Shown: positions 46,003 to 55,041 of the stretch, piece after piece
How the letters are laid out: the number at the start of each line of letters is the position of its first letter
Numbering within the stretch: position 1 is the first letter of the stretch
Source of the DNA: an uncultured Gammaproteobacteria bacterium
GTDB lineage: Bacteria; Patescibacteriota; Microgenomatia; JALYQM01
Assembly: GCA_964403585.1 (NCBI GenBank)
Contig: CAYOFQ010000001.1
Span: 1,152,826 to 1,216,825 of the forward strand
Length of the DNA stretch: 64,000 bases
Reading direction: 5' to 3'
Notes under the pieces: generated by a model
Database searches by the model: none
Seen by the model: only the letters and a program-made list of their open reading frames with translations
Told to the model about the DNA's origin: nothing
Position numbers and translations under genes: made by a program

Positions 46003-46833
46003 TTATGAGAGGATTCTATCATTGAATAGCACTTTTTGCATGAAGACCCATGTGGCTGTGATAATACGACGATATCGCTGCGGTTGTTTAAGCAGTCTAT
46101 ATACCCATTCCAACCCCATAGAACGCATCCATGCAGGCGCTCGCGGTACTCTCCCACCAATATAATCAAACGTACCACCAACACCAACCGCTATCCTGAA
46201 ATTCAGTTGGTCACGGTAACGATCTATCCATAAATCCTGCCAGGGATGCCCGTACGCAACAAGTAAGACATCCGGCTTAAAATTGATTATGTCTGCAATT
46301 ACGACTGAGTTTTCCTTCTCATCACTGTGCGCAACATTCCGCACACCATTTGAAGAACGGAAATGAATATCGGGATTAACTTGTTGTAATCTTCTCATTG
46401 CCATCGAAGATACGCTGTCGGCACCGCCAAGAAGATATATTTTCCGCCCCTTCATCCACTCTTGCTGAACGAGCAGCCAGGTAAAATCAACTCCGGTAAT
46501 CCTCTCCAAAGTCTTTCCTTCAAACACAACCGGACGATTTTTTATTCCCACCTGCCAAAAAGAGGTAAGAAAAGAAAAGTACGCTCTTACTTTAGTCGTT
46601 GGCTTTTTTTTCAATGCGTAATCAATAGCACACAGGACTCCAACACCATCGATCAGTGAAATATCCGCCGCATTAATTACGCGCCTAAAAGCATTATTTG
46701 TCTGGGCTTCAATAATAAACTCAGGATTGGTAGTTACCAGATGGTGTTTCTTACCATCCTCAAGATATTGTAAAAGGACATCCAGCAATTCCTGCTTATT
46801 CGTAGTCGACAGTTTGACATCGAGTAAATACAT
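46003..46833 (-). CDS. WecB/TagA/CpsF-family glycosyltransferase (GT26)
   Basis: N-terminal VTTNPEFI...NAADISLIDGVGV and C-terminal GLEWVYRLLKQPQRYRR signature. Confidence 0.8.
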   Translation of the reverse strand: MYLLDVKLSTTNKQELLDVLLQYLEDGKKHHLVTTNPEFIIEAQTNNAFRRVINAADISLIDGVGVLCAIDYALKKKPTTKVRAYFSFLTSFWQVGIKNRPVVFEGKTLERITGVDFTWLLVQQEWMKGRKIYLLGGADSVSSMAMRRLQQVNPDIHFRSSNGVRNVAHSDEKENSVVIADIINFKPDVLLVAYGHPWQDLWIDRYRDQLNFRIAVGVGGTFDYIGGRVPRAPAWMRSMGLEWVYRLLKQPQRYRRIITATWVFMQKVLFNDRILS

Positions 46834-46836
46834 AAT

Positions 46837-48039
46837 CTATTTCTCAAGCACCCGTAGGGTCTCATCCCCTGCCTTCTTCCAACTAAACCGCTGTACATTC
46901 ACTAAGCCCTTCTTGCGCAACGAATCAGCATAAAGCCGATCTCCAAGAACTTTGTTGATTCCACGCGCAATATCCTCAGGGGATTCGGGATCTACGTATT
47001 CACACCCATCTCCCCCCACTTCCGTCATTGGTTTTTTGCGGGAAGTAACAACAGGAGTATTTACGGACTGGGCTTCAATAATCGGAATACCAAATCCCTC
47101 AAAAAGAGACGGAAAAACAAAAACCTTAGCTCCTTTTAATAATGAAATCGCTTCAGCATCAGGTACATGCCCCAGGAACTTAACCCTATCCGCCACCCCA
47201 GAACGCGCAGACTCCGCAAAGATATCTTCATGCAACCAGCCTTTTTTACCGGCCAAAGCTAATTGCAGTTTCGGCATCTGTTCCTGAACAAGCGAGGATT
47301 GGATAACCTGACTAAAGGCCTGTATCAAACGCACCAGATTTTTGCGCGGCTGAATTGTCCCGATGAATAATATATAGTCGGAGTCGAGACTGTAATGAGA
47401 TAGTAGCGTAATCCCCGGCTTCTGAATATTTTGTTTATTAAATGAATCCCAGCCAAAACCTTCATAAATTACACTTATTTTCTTTTCATCTGCTTTTAAC
47501 TTACCAACCAAATCTTCCTTAGTAGCTTCTGAAACGGCAATAAGCCGGTCGGCATGTTTCACCGCGTATTCAGTTGAACGATTAAGCCATAACTTTTGAG
47601 GAAATTGATGATACTGTGGCAGGTATTCATAGCCCAGATCATGAATAGTCACCACCGTTCGGATTTTCTTCTTACGAACTACCGGCAGGGTATGAGCAGG
47701 AACAAACAAGACATCAGGAGGATATTTCCATAATTCTCTGGCTAAGCCCACTTGAGTCCACAACCACTTATTTTTTATCACAATCAGGCGGTAATTTTGG
47801 GTTGGAGGAAGCTGTTTTCGAACTGTTTCAACCCACTGAGTTACCCGTTCTTTCTGTGATTTTCCCTGGTACATTTCCTCGGCACGTTTATCGAGAAGCT
47901 CAGCCGGCAAGCGCAGATATATTTTATAAGCATTACGCCGGTCAGTCTGAAGCAGATTTACCAGAATATTATATGAATAATTCTCAGTACCTGTTCTCTC
48001 GGAGATAAAAGCCCGGGATGCATCAAAACCAATAATCAT
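46837..48039 (-). CDS. GT4-family glycosyltransferase
   Basis: FPSLFEGFGIPIIEAQSVNTPVVTS (E-x7-E). Confidence 0.8.
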   Translation of the reverse strand: MIIGFDASRAFISERTGTENYSYNILVNLLQTDRRNAYKIYLRLPAELLDKRAEEMYQGKSQKERVTQWVETVRKQLPPTQNYRLIVIKNKWLWTQVGLARELWKYPPDVLFVPAHTLPVVRKKKIRTVVTIHDLGYEYLPQYHQFPQKLWLNRSTEYAVKHADRLIAVSEATKEDLVGKLKADEKKISVIYEGFGWDSFNKQNIQKPGITLLSHYSLDSDYILFIGTIQPRKNLVRLIQAFSQVIQSSLVQEQMPKLQLALAGKKGWLHEDIFAESARSGVADRVKFLGHVPDAEAISLLKGAKVFVFPSLFEGFGIPIIEAQSVNTPVVTSRKKPMTEVGGDGCEYVDPESPEDIARGINKVLGDRLYADSLRKKGLVNVQRFSWKKAGDETLRVLEK

Positions 48040-48115
48040 ATGCCAATATTATATTCATAATAGCCTAAAAAGGCCACCACGTATAATAGAGTCGGTAGAG
48101 ATCCAAGATAGGGTT

Positions 48116-49147
48116 TTAACGTCGACTAATTCCCCGTTTATATAGGTCGATATTCTCAATTGCAACACCGGTACCAATCGCCACACACATAAGAGGATTC
48201 TCGGCGACATACACAGGAACACCGGTCGACATACTCAGAAGTTTATCCAAATTTCGAAGTTGAGAGGTGCCCCCTGACAATACTATACCTTTATCGATTA
48301 TATCGGCAGCTAACTCCGGCGGCGTTTGCTCCAAAACATGACGTGCCATCGAAACAATCGACTGAAGACTTGGACTGATCGCCTCATGAATATCATCCGA
48401 GCTAACTTCGATAATTTTCGGTAATCCATCAATCGCGTCACGTCCTTTTATCTCCATAGCCAGAACCGGATCCAGCGGGATAGCCGAAGCAATATTAATT
48501 TTAATCTCTTCCGACATGCGTTCACCAATAATAAGATTAAATTTACGACGAATATACGTCGCAATCGCTTCATCAATTTTATTCCCAGCTACCCGCACCG
48601 AACCGTGAACAACCACTCCGCCCAGCGAAATAACAGCTGACTCTGCCGAACCACCACCAATATCGATAATCATATTACCCGAGGGATGTGCAATCGGAAT
48701 CTTAGCGCCAATTGAAGCAGCCAGTGGCTCATCAATCAAGTACGCGGTCTTAGCCCCCGCCGACATAGTTGCATCAAGCACCGCCCGGCGTTCCACCGAC
48801 GTAACCCCTGAAGGTACACATATCATCACTTCCGGCTTAAAAAACCGCGAAGTACCACAGACTTTATCGATAAAATAACGGAGCATCGCTTCGGTAATTA
48901 CATAATCTGCAATTACACCATCACGCATCGGGCGCGAAGCAACTATATTAGTTGGAGTACGCCCTAACATTTCGCGCGCTTCATTTCCAACCGCCACTAC
49001 TTTATTGTCATCAACCGATACAGCAACCACCGACGGCTCATTCAGAACAATCCCCTCACCCGCCAAATACACCAGCGAATTCGCCGTTCCCAAGTCAATA
49101 CCGATACGTTTAGTAAAATTCATCATAAGTATCCTATACTCTGACAC
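48116..49147 (-). CDS. mreB: rod-shape-determining protein MreB (actin-like ATPase)
   Basis: IGIDLGTANSLVY phosphate-1 motif, adenosine and phosphate-2 motifs; 343 aa. Confidence 0.9.
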   Translation of the reverse strand: MSEYRILMMNFTKRIGIDLGTANSLVYLAGEGIVLNEPSVVAVSVDDNKVVAVGNEAREMLGRTPTNIVASRPMRDGVIADYVITEAMLRYFIDKVCGTSRFFKPEVMICVPSGVTSVERRAVLDATMSAGAKTAYLIDEPLAASIGAKIPIAHPSGNMIIDIGGGSAESAVISLGGVVVHGSVRVAGNKIDEAIATYIRRKFNLIIGERMSEEIKINIASAIPLDPVLAMEIKGRDAIDGLPKIIEVSSDDIHEAISPSLQSIVSMARHVLEQTPPELAADIIDKGIVLSGGTSQLRNLDKLLSMSTGVPVYVAENPLMCVAIGTGVAIENIDLYKRGISRR

Positions 49148-49433
49148 TGCAGTGATGTCGTAGTGAACGACTCAAAAAACTCCGAACTGGGAATTTGAGG
49201 ATTTTTGCGTAAGAAATCTGACTTGTCTGAGGAGCATGCGACGAGTTGTCAGATTTTAGCAAAAATCGAAAATTCATAACGTTTTTTGTCGGAGTGAACA
49301 AACGACGTTACTGCAGTAGCGTGAGCACTCCAAATATACCAGAAAACCCCCTCGGATACCAGTTTGGTATAATAGATCAAATAGCCTGCTTTTAACCCTT
49401 TACCACACTCCTATTACCCTTTATTATTAACCT

Positions 49434-50750
49434 ATGGATAAAAAAACAAGAATTCTCGTTTCGATCGCCTCAATAGTAATATTGGGCTTAGGAACCATTA
49501 TCGGCGTCCTCCTGGTACAGGGATATACTTTTGACGCCAAAAACAAGAAAGTTGTACAGACCGGAGTATTAGTCGTAAACTCAGTGCCGAATGGTGCTCA
49601 AATTTATATTGACGGTCACTATCAAAACGTAACGAATACCAGTATCTCCTTTCTCCCAGCCAAAAAATACAGCATCCGTATAACCAAGGAAGGATATATT
49701 CCGTGGGAAAAAGAGATGACAATCGACAACCAAATTATCTCAGAAATTGAGGCAATACTGTGGCCGGCCACACCGAGCGTAAATCCGATAACCAATACCG
49801 GGGCTATTGATGTCAAACTTTCGCCCGACATGCTTAAAGCCGCATACGCCATACGATTTAGCGAAAAGGATAAAGCCGGCTTATGGATAATGGATATGGC
49901 TAAAAGAACAGTATTTTCCGGACCCTCTACGGATTTTACCCAAATTGCACGGAACACCAACGACTTAGACTTCAGCAGAGCCGAATTACTGTGGTCACCG
50001 GACAGCAAACAAATCCTGGCAACACTTCAGGAAGGCAACCGGCCGGAAGCACGATATACCCGTAATTTTCTTCTTGATATAACCAAACTAAACACCAATC
50101 CTACCGATATAACACTTTCCAAGGACGGACAATTAAAGACCTGGAACGATGAACTGAATAAAATTGAAAATGTCCGGTTAACTAAAATAGCCAGCGATGT
50201 TAAAGCAATCAAGATAGCTTCCGATTCGGCAATTCCGTTGAAATGGTCATACGACGGCACCATGTTCCTGTACGCAACAAAAGATACACCGGACACTGCT
50301 GCAACCCAAAAGCCAAAAGTGGTAGTAGTGCCTTCGCTCAATAAAACAGCCACTCAGTCAGCTGCTGCCGTAGATGCCATTGAAGCCACCAGCGCCGCCA
50401 GTTATATTTCACGAATAGAAAGTCAGACCGCCAGCTTCTCGGCCAACCTGAATGTAAAAATTTACGATACCAAGAAAAAAACCAGCTTCGATATGCCTAA
50501 GGCAAAATATTACGCCTGGTACCCCGCTGAAGAAAAAGCTGATCGGGAAATTCAACACCTGGTTATGGTTGAAGATGGTAGTATCTCCATGGTCGAAACC
50601 GACGGTAAGAACAAGTCGACGATTTATTCAGGTCCATTTGAAGACAGCATTGTCTTCCCCTGGCCTGACGGAGGACGTCTGGTGATACTCACCAACTTCA
50701 ATCTTAAGGCAGGAACTGAACCAAATATTTATACAATAAATCTAAGATAA
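49434..50750 (+). CDS. membrane-anchored PEGA-domain protein with TolB-like beta-propeller repeats
   Basis: TM helix; PEGA motif VVNSVPNGAQIYIDGHYQNVTNTSISFLPAKKYSIRITKEGYIPWE; later LWSPDSKQILAT and WSYDGTMFLYAT. Confidence 0.55.
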   Translation: MDKKTRILVSIASIVILGLGTIIGVLLVQGYTFDAKNKKVVQTGVLVVNSVPNGAQIYIDGHYQNVTNTSISFLPAKKYSIRITKEGYIPWEKEMTIDNQIISEIEAILWPATPSVNPITNTGAIDVKLSPDMLKAAYAIRFSEKDKAGLWIMDMAKRTVFSGPSTDFTQIARNTNDLDFSRAELLWSPDSKQILATLQEGNRPEARYTRNFLLDITKLNTNPTDITLSKDGQLKTWNDELNKIENVRLTKIASDVKAIKIASDSAIPLKWSYDGTMFLYATKDTPDTAATQKPKVVVVPSLNKTATQSAAAVDAIEATSAASYISRIESQTASFSANLNVKIYDTKKKTSFDMPKAKYYAWYPAEEKADREIQHLVMVEDGSISMVETDGKNKSTIYSGPFEDSIVFPWPDGGRLVILTNFNLKAGTEPNIYTINLR

Positions 50751-50755
50751 GCTCT

Positions 50756-50986
50756 ATGAAAATACGGTATAGCTTATTAATAGGATTTTTTCTCTCCTTG
50801 GCATCAGGACTCTTTGTTTCTGAGACATGCATTCTCGTTTGCAACGATACACGAGGTTGGCCCGTGCCTTATGCGACTGCGTTGTTTGATGGAGTAGATT
50901 TTATATTCTTTTTAATAAATACAATGCTCTGGGCGATAGTAACTTGGATAATAGGACTAATCGCAATAAAACGAAGTAAATATTAA
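50756..50986 (+). CDS. small membrane protein
   Basis: Two hydrophobic helices; ORF only. Confidence 0.3.
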   Translation: MKIRYSLLIGFFLSLASGLFVSETCILVCNDTRGWPVPYATALFDGVDFIFFLINTMLWAIVTWIIGLIAIKRSKY

Positions 50987-51714
50987 CGATCCAATTTAGC
51001 TCGAACAACTAATCGTTGCCAGGTAGTTCCCGGAGGCCAGCAGGTTTGTAAGCTCAATACCGGTTCCGAATATTGAGATTCCAATGGAGCCAAATCACGG
51101 GCACTGTGCACTTGCTTATCAAAAACCAGATAATCGTATCGCTCCCCTTTATAAAATGTTGAAATTCGATCACCCGCGTCCAGATTATGGAGCAGGAAGA
51201 AAACAGCATTATATTTGGGGATATCCCACGCATTTAACGTGTTATGGGCAAATAGATAGACATTACCGGTTTCCCCCGGAAAACGGGAGCCTTTAGCATG
51301 CGCCACACCTTTCTTCAAAGCAGCGTCATAGGCTTCCTGACTAAACGGATCGACATCGGCAACAATGGCCGAGTTGGCATGAATTTTCTCAATTACAATG
51401 CCATAATCGGTATTAACCGGTTCATCAGTTAACGCCGGGAGTACTTTCTTCACCACCTCCCCTGATTGAGTAGCCACAGCAGGAATGCGTACACTTTCAG
51501 GAATTTGCGCCTCTTCTGCCGCACGGTTAGTAGTCGCCCGTTCCCACCGGTAGCCTACTTCAGCAGCTATTACAGGGTAAAACTGAGATGCCACAAATAG
51601 CAGGGAACCGATAATCAGGATATTACCAACGGTACGGATCATGAAGATTTTTCGGTATTTAGACCGGTCTTCGTGAACAAAAAACATATGGAAAAAATCC
51701 TGAAAGATACTCAT
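50983..51714 (-). CDS. sortase-family transpeptidase
   Basis: N-terminal TM anchor; His motif GNVYLFAHNTL, L..L..GD, catalytic LSLQTCWPPG (TLxTC-like). Confidence 0.6.
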   Translation of the reverse strand: MSIFQDFFHMFFVHEDRSKYRKIFMIRTVGNILIIGSLLFVASQFYPVIAAEVGYRWERATTNRAAEEAQIPESVRIPAVATQSGEVVKKVLPALTDEPVNTDYGIVIEKIHANSAIVADVDPFSQEAYDAALKKGVAHAKGSRFPGETGNVYLFAHNTLNAWDIPKYNAVFFLLHNLDAGDRISTFYKGERYDYLVFDKQVHSARDLAPLESQYSEPVLSLQTCWPPGTTWQRLVVRAKLDR

Positions 51715-51745
51715 AAAGTACTGCCCAATTATACAAAATTTCAGC

Positions 51746-52849
51746 TCATTTTACAAAGACCTGACCTTCTTCAACTCCGAAGACCCGGTCAAATCCAAAA
51801 CCCTCATTAAGAAAAAAATCCTCCTCAGTGCCTGTAATAAAGGTTTGATACCCTTCAGTCATTTGAGATAATTCATGGCGGTGTGATTTATCAAACTCCG
51901 AGAAAATATCATCCAGCAACAGCACCGGCTTCATATCTCTGGCTTGCTCAATATAAAGTAGCTGCATTTTCTTATAAAAAAACAGTGCTGCCCGCTGCTC
52001 CCCCCGTGAACCATATAAAGATAAGTCCTTTTCCTTGAGAAAAAATGAATAATCATCTTTGTGCGGTCCGTACTGGGATGCCGCACTCAAAATCTCTTTT
52101 TCAATATTCGTCTGAATACGTTCACCGTAAAGTGCTGCCATTGTCCCAAGAAACGTATCCCCTAATGAGTCATCATCACACCCTATTTTAGGAGCATATG
52201 AGATTAAGTATCGCTCCTGTCGCTGTTTCAGAAAATGAAAAAACTGATACCGGTATTGATAAATCTGACTACCCAACTGAACAAGTGACTGCGTCCAGTA
52301 TTCGAGCTGGTTAACATGCGCCTGCCCTTCACGAATCCGTTCCAACAAACGGTTACGTGCCACGAGTATCTTGCCATATTGAGAAATAAGATGACCATAA
52401 TGCGGATAAGATTCGGATAAACAAACATCCAGCGCTTTTCTGCGGGCAGATGGCGATCCGACAACTAACGATATATCTTCAGGCGAAAACAGTACTACCG
52501 GAAAATACCGGGTAAATGTCTCTTTCTTTCTCCTGATATCATTTACCAGATACGACTTCTTTACCCCTGCCCGTTCAGTGTTTCGCTCGATTACTAAGGC
52601 TAAATTTGTTGCCTCGTCGTCAACAACAATCGATCCGTCAACACGAGCGAATGAAGAATCATGCGCGATAAGGTCGCTATCCAATACCGAACGCCAGCTT
52701 TCGCCTCTTGAGAGAATGTACAGCCCTTCTAAAATATTTGTTTTTCCCTGAGCATTCTCTCCAAGGAAACCTACCCTGGCATACCCGAGATCAAGTGAAA
52801 TATCCTTCAGATTCCTGAAATTTTGTAATCGCAATGTCGTTATTTTCAT
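51746..52849 (-). CDS. recF: DNA replication and repair protein RecF
   Basis: LRLQNFRNL, Walker A GENAQGKTN, C-terminal LLLDDIFSEFD signature/Walker B. Confidence 0.85.
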   Translation of the reverse strand: MKITTLRLQNFRNLKDISLDLGYARVGFLGENAQGKTNILEGLYILSRGESWRSVLDSDLIAHDSSFARVDGSIVVDDEATNLALVIERNTERAGVKKSYLVNDIRRKKETFTRYFPVVLFSPEDISLVVGSPSARRKALDVCLSESYPHYGHLISQYGKILVARNRLLERIREGQAHVNQLEYWTQSLVQLGSQIYQYRYQFFHFLKQRQERYLISYAPKIGCDDDSLGDTFLGTMAALYGERIQTNIEKEILSAASQYGPHKDDYSFFLKEKDLSLYGSRGEQRAALFFYKKMQLLYIEQARDMKPVLLLDDIFSEFDKSHRHELSQMTEGYQTFITGTEEDFFLNEGFGFDRVFGVEEGQVFVK

Positions 52850-52878
52850 ATATAGGGGAAGCAGAACTCAGTCTCGGA

Positions 52879-54219
52879 CTAATCTCTTTTGTATAAAAGC
52901 CGCTCAGTAACAAACCGTTTCGATTGAATAAACAAACCGATAAACATTATACACAATGCAATCGTACTGATAAGAGTCACGGTGCCAAACCAGTCGGCTA
53001 ACGAACCAACAAGAATAACCGGCAACGTTGCCAATGAGGACATCAGCATGTTAAGTACACCGAACACCCGACCACGCAGATCTTCAGGGGTATATTCCTG
53101 AAGCACAGTTTGTGCGGGAATAACAATCGAAACATTGAAAAACCCCAGAAAATAAGAAAAAATAGCCAGTAAACCGGACAACCCGATAATATGTTCCAGA
53201 GATCGACGAAAATGCGGAGACAACGCGATAGTGCGAAAACTCAAGTAATCTGAGATAACCGGAGCTGATGACAAAAAAAGCAACATAATACTGACACCGA
53301 TAATTGAAATTTCCACTAGCCGCCGTCGCGAGAACATTCGGGCATAGGCGCCATTAAAAAAAGCTCCGGTAATTAAACCCAAGCCGAGGGGAAGCATAAT
53401 AATGTAGCTCGCATTTGTGGCGGGAATCTGCAAAATATTATTAATATATTCCGGTATTAAGACACTCAAAGTACTGACAAAAGCCTGAACAGCAGTTAAT
53501 AATAATATTGAAACCATAATCGTTTTTTGTTTAATAATATAGTGTAGACCTTCTTTAATTTCCTCAAGAGCAACTTTCATCGCATCAACAACTTTGCGGT
53601 CCTTGTGAGCCGGATCAATCTTTTGATCAACTAACGGAAATCGGACAAAGATAATACTCGCCAATGCCGTAAGAAATCCCGCAATAAGGAATGGTGTAAT
53701 GTAGTTATTGGTCAAACTAATCGCAGGACCGGCAAGTGAATACCCGACAATCAAAGAAGCGTAAATAGTTAAAGAAAAAAGGGAGTTTGCTTTAACTAAT
53801 AACCCTTTACTGACAATTGTCGGAATAGTCGCAGCTTCCGCGGGAAGAAAAAATTGACTAACCACACTAATAAGAAACGACAAGAGAAATATTATTGCCA
53901 AAGAGCTCCCGGCAAACCAGAAACTAAGAAAAAGTATCGCTAAGAGCACATCAGTCGTCTGGATAATATGCTTACGGTTGACCCGGTCGGCAAAAACACC
54001 GGCAAAAGTACCAAAAAGTATAGACGGTATACTGAGAGTCAAAACCAATAACGATACCATAGTATTTCGCTTAGTCAATTCATAGACCCACAGAATCAAG
54101 GCAAAATTAATCATGCTGTATGATAGCTGTAAACAGAATTGATTGGCCCAGAGCAGCAAAAATGCCTTATTTCCTAGCAAATCCTTAAATGTAGAATGAG
54201 GAGTCTCTGACATAAACAA
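52879..54219 (-). CDS. MFS transporter
   Basis: 12 predicted TM helices; GxxxDRxxRK-like motif in loop 2-3 (FADRVNRKH). Confidence 0.75.
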   Translation of the reverse strand: MFMSETPHSTFKDLLGNKAFLLLWANQFCLQLSYSMINFALILWVYELTKRNTMVSLLVLTLSIPSILFGTFAGVFADRVNRKHIIQTTDVLLAILFLSFWFAGSSLAIIFLLSFLISVVSQFFLPAEAATIPTIVSKGLLVKANSLFSLTIYASLIVGYSLAGPAISLTNNYITPFLIAGFLTALASIIFVRFPLVDQKIDPAHKDRKVVDAMKVALEEIKEGLHYIIKQKTIMVSILLLTAVQAFVSTLSVLIPEYINNILQIPATNASYIIMLPLGLGLITGAFFNGAYARMFSRRRLVEISIIGVSIMLLFLSSAPVISDYLSFRTIALSPHFRRSLEHIIGLSGLLAIFSYFLGFFNVSIVIPAQTVLQEYTPEDLRGRVFGVLNMLMSSLATLPVILVGSLADWFGTVTLISTIALCIMFIGLFIQSKRFVTERLLYKRD

Positions 54220-55032
54220 CTATTCTCTCCAGAATAACATTGAATCTTTAACCTTTTCAAAGAGGCTTTTTCTCTCCAACTCCTTAGCTTTATCCAGTTC
54301 GCTCCAATCGCCCATCTTATATTCCACATCTACTTTCGAAAAAGATCCATGACGATAGGCTTGCCAGGCAATTAACATTGTCTTAACCATAAACTGCGCA
54401 TGTCCTTCACTTCGTAATCGCCGAACATCGGTATAATATTTTGGTTTCTTCAGCACGGCATACTTGCCATTAGCAGCAATCGCCCGCTTAACCAGATCGA
54501 CATCTTCAGCAACACGAAGTTCTTCATTGAATCCGTTGATTGCGTCAAAAAGAGCTTTCCTAATATAAAGGTTCATCCCATATCCAAGCGGCCATACATA
54601 CCGAGACAAATCCGTAACCAGATTACCGCCAAGCCAGAAAAACCAGTCCATCGGATTTTTACTATCCGGCCAGATATAGGCAGTGGCAACATCGGCATGT
54701 GCTTTTTCAACCTCATCCAAAAAATCTGCAATATAACTCTGATCTAAACGGCTGTCAGCATCGAGAAACAATAATTGATCCGTGCTCGCCTTCTTGGCAC
54801 CTAGATTGCGCTGATAAGAGACACCTTTCTTGTCAGATTGAATAAGTTGAATTTGAGGCAAAATTTTATCAAATCTCCCAATTACCTCCACAGTTTTATC
54901 GGAAGAGCCGCCGTCCACAATAATAAATTCAAAATTTTGATTAGTCTGTAATGATAGCGTATACAGCAGTTTGCCAATATATTTTTCTTCATTAAGACAT
55001 GGCGTAACGATAGTAAGTTGTCTTGAATTCAT
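54220..55032 (-). CDS. GT2-family glycosyltransferase
   Basis: LTIVTPCLNEE...FIIVDGGSSDKT...LFLDADS (DxD); GT-A fold. Confidence 0.8.
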   Translation of the reverse strand: MNSRQLTIVTPCLNEEKYIGKLLYTLSLQTNQNFEFIIVDGGSSDKTVEVIGRFDKILPQIQLIQSDKKGVSYQRNLGAKKASTDQLLFLDADSRLDQSYIADFLDEVEKAHADVATAYIWPDSKNPMDWFFWLGGNLVTDLSRYVWPLGYGMNLYIRKALFDAINGFNEELRVAEDVDLVKRAIAANGKYAVLKKPKYYTDVRRLRSEGHAQFMVKTMLIAWQAYRHGSFSKVDVEYKMGDWSELDKAKELERKSLFEKVKDSMLFWRE

Positions 55033-55041
55033 GAATCTCCC

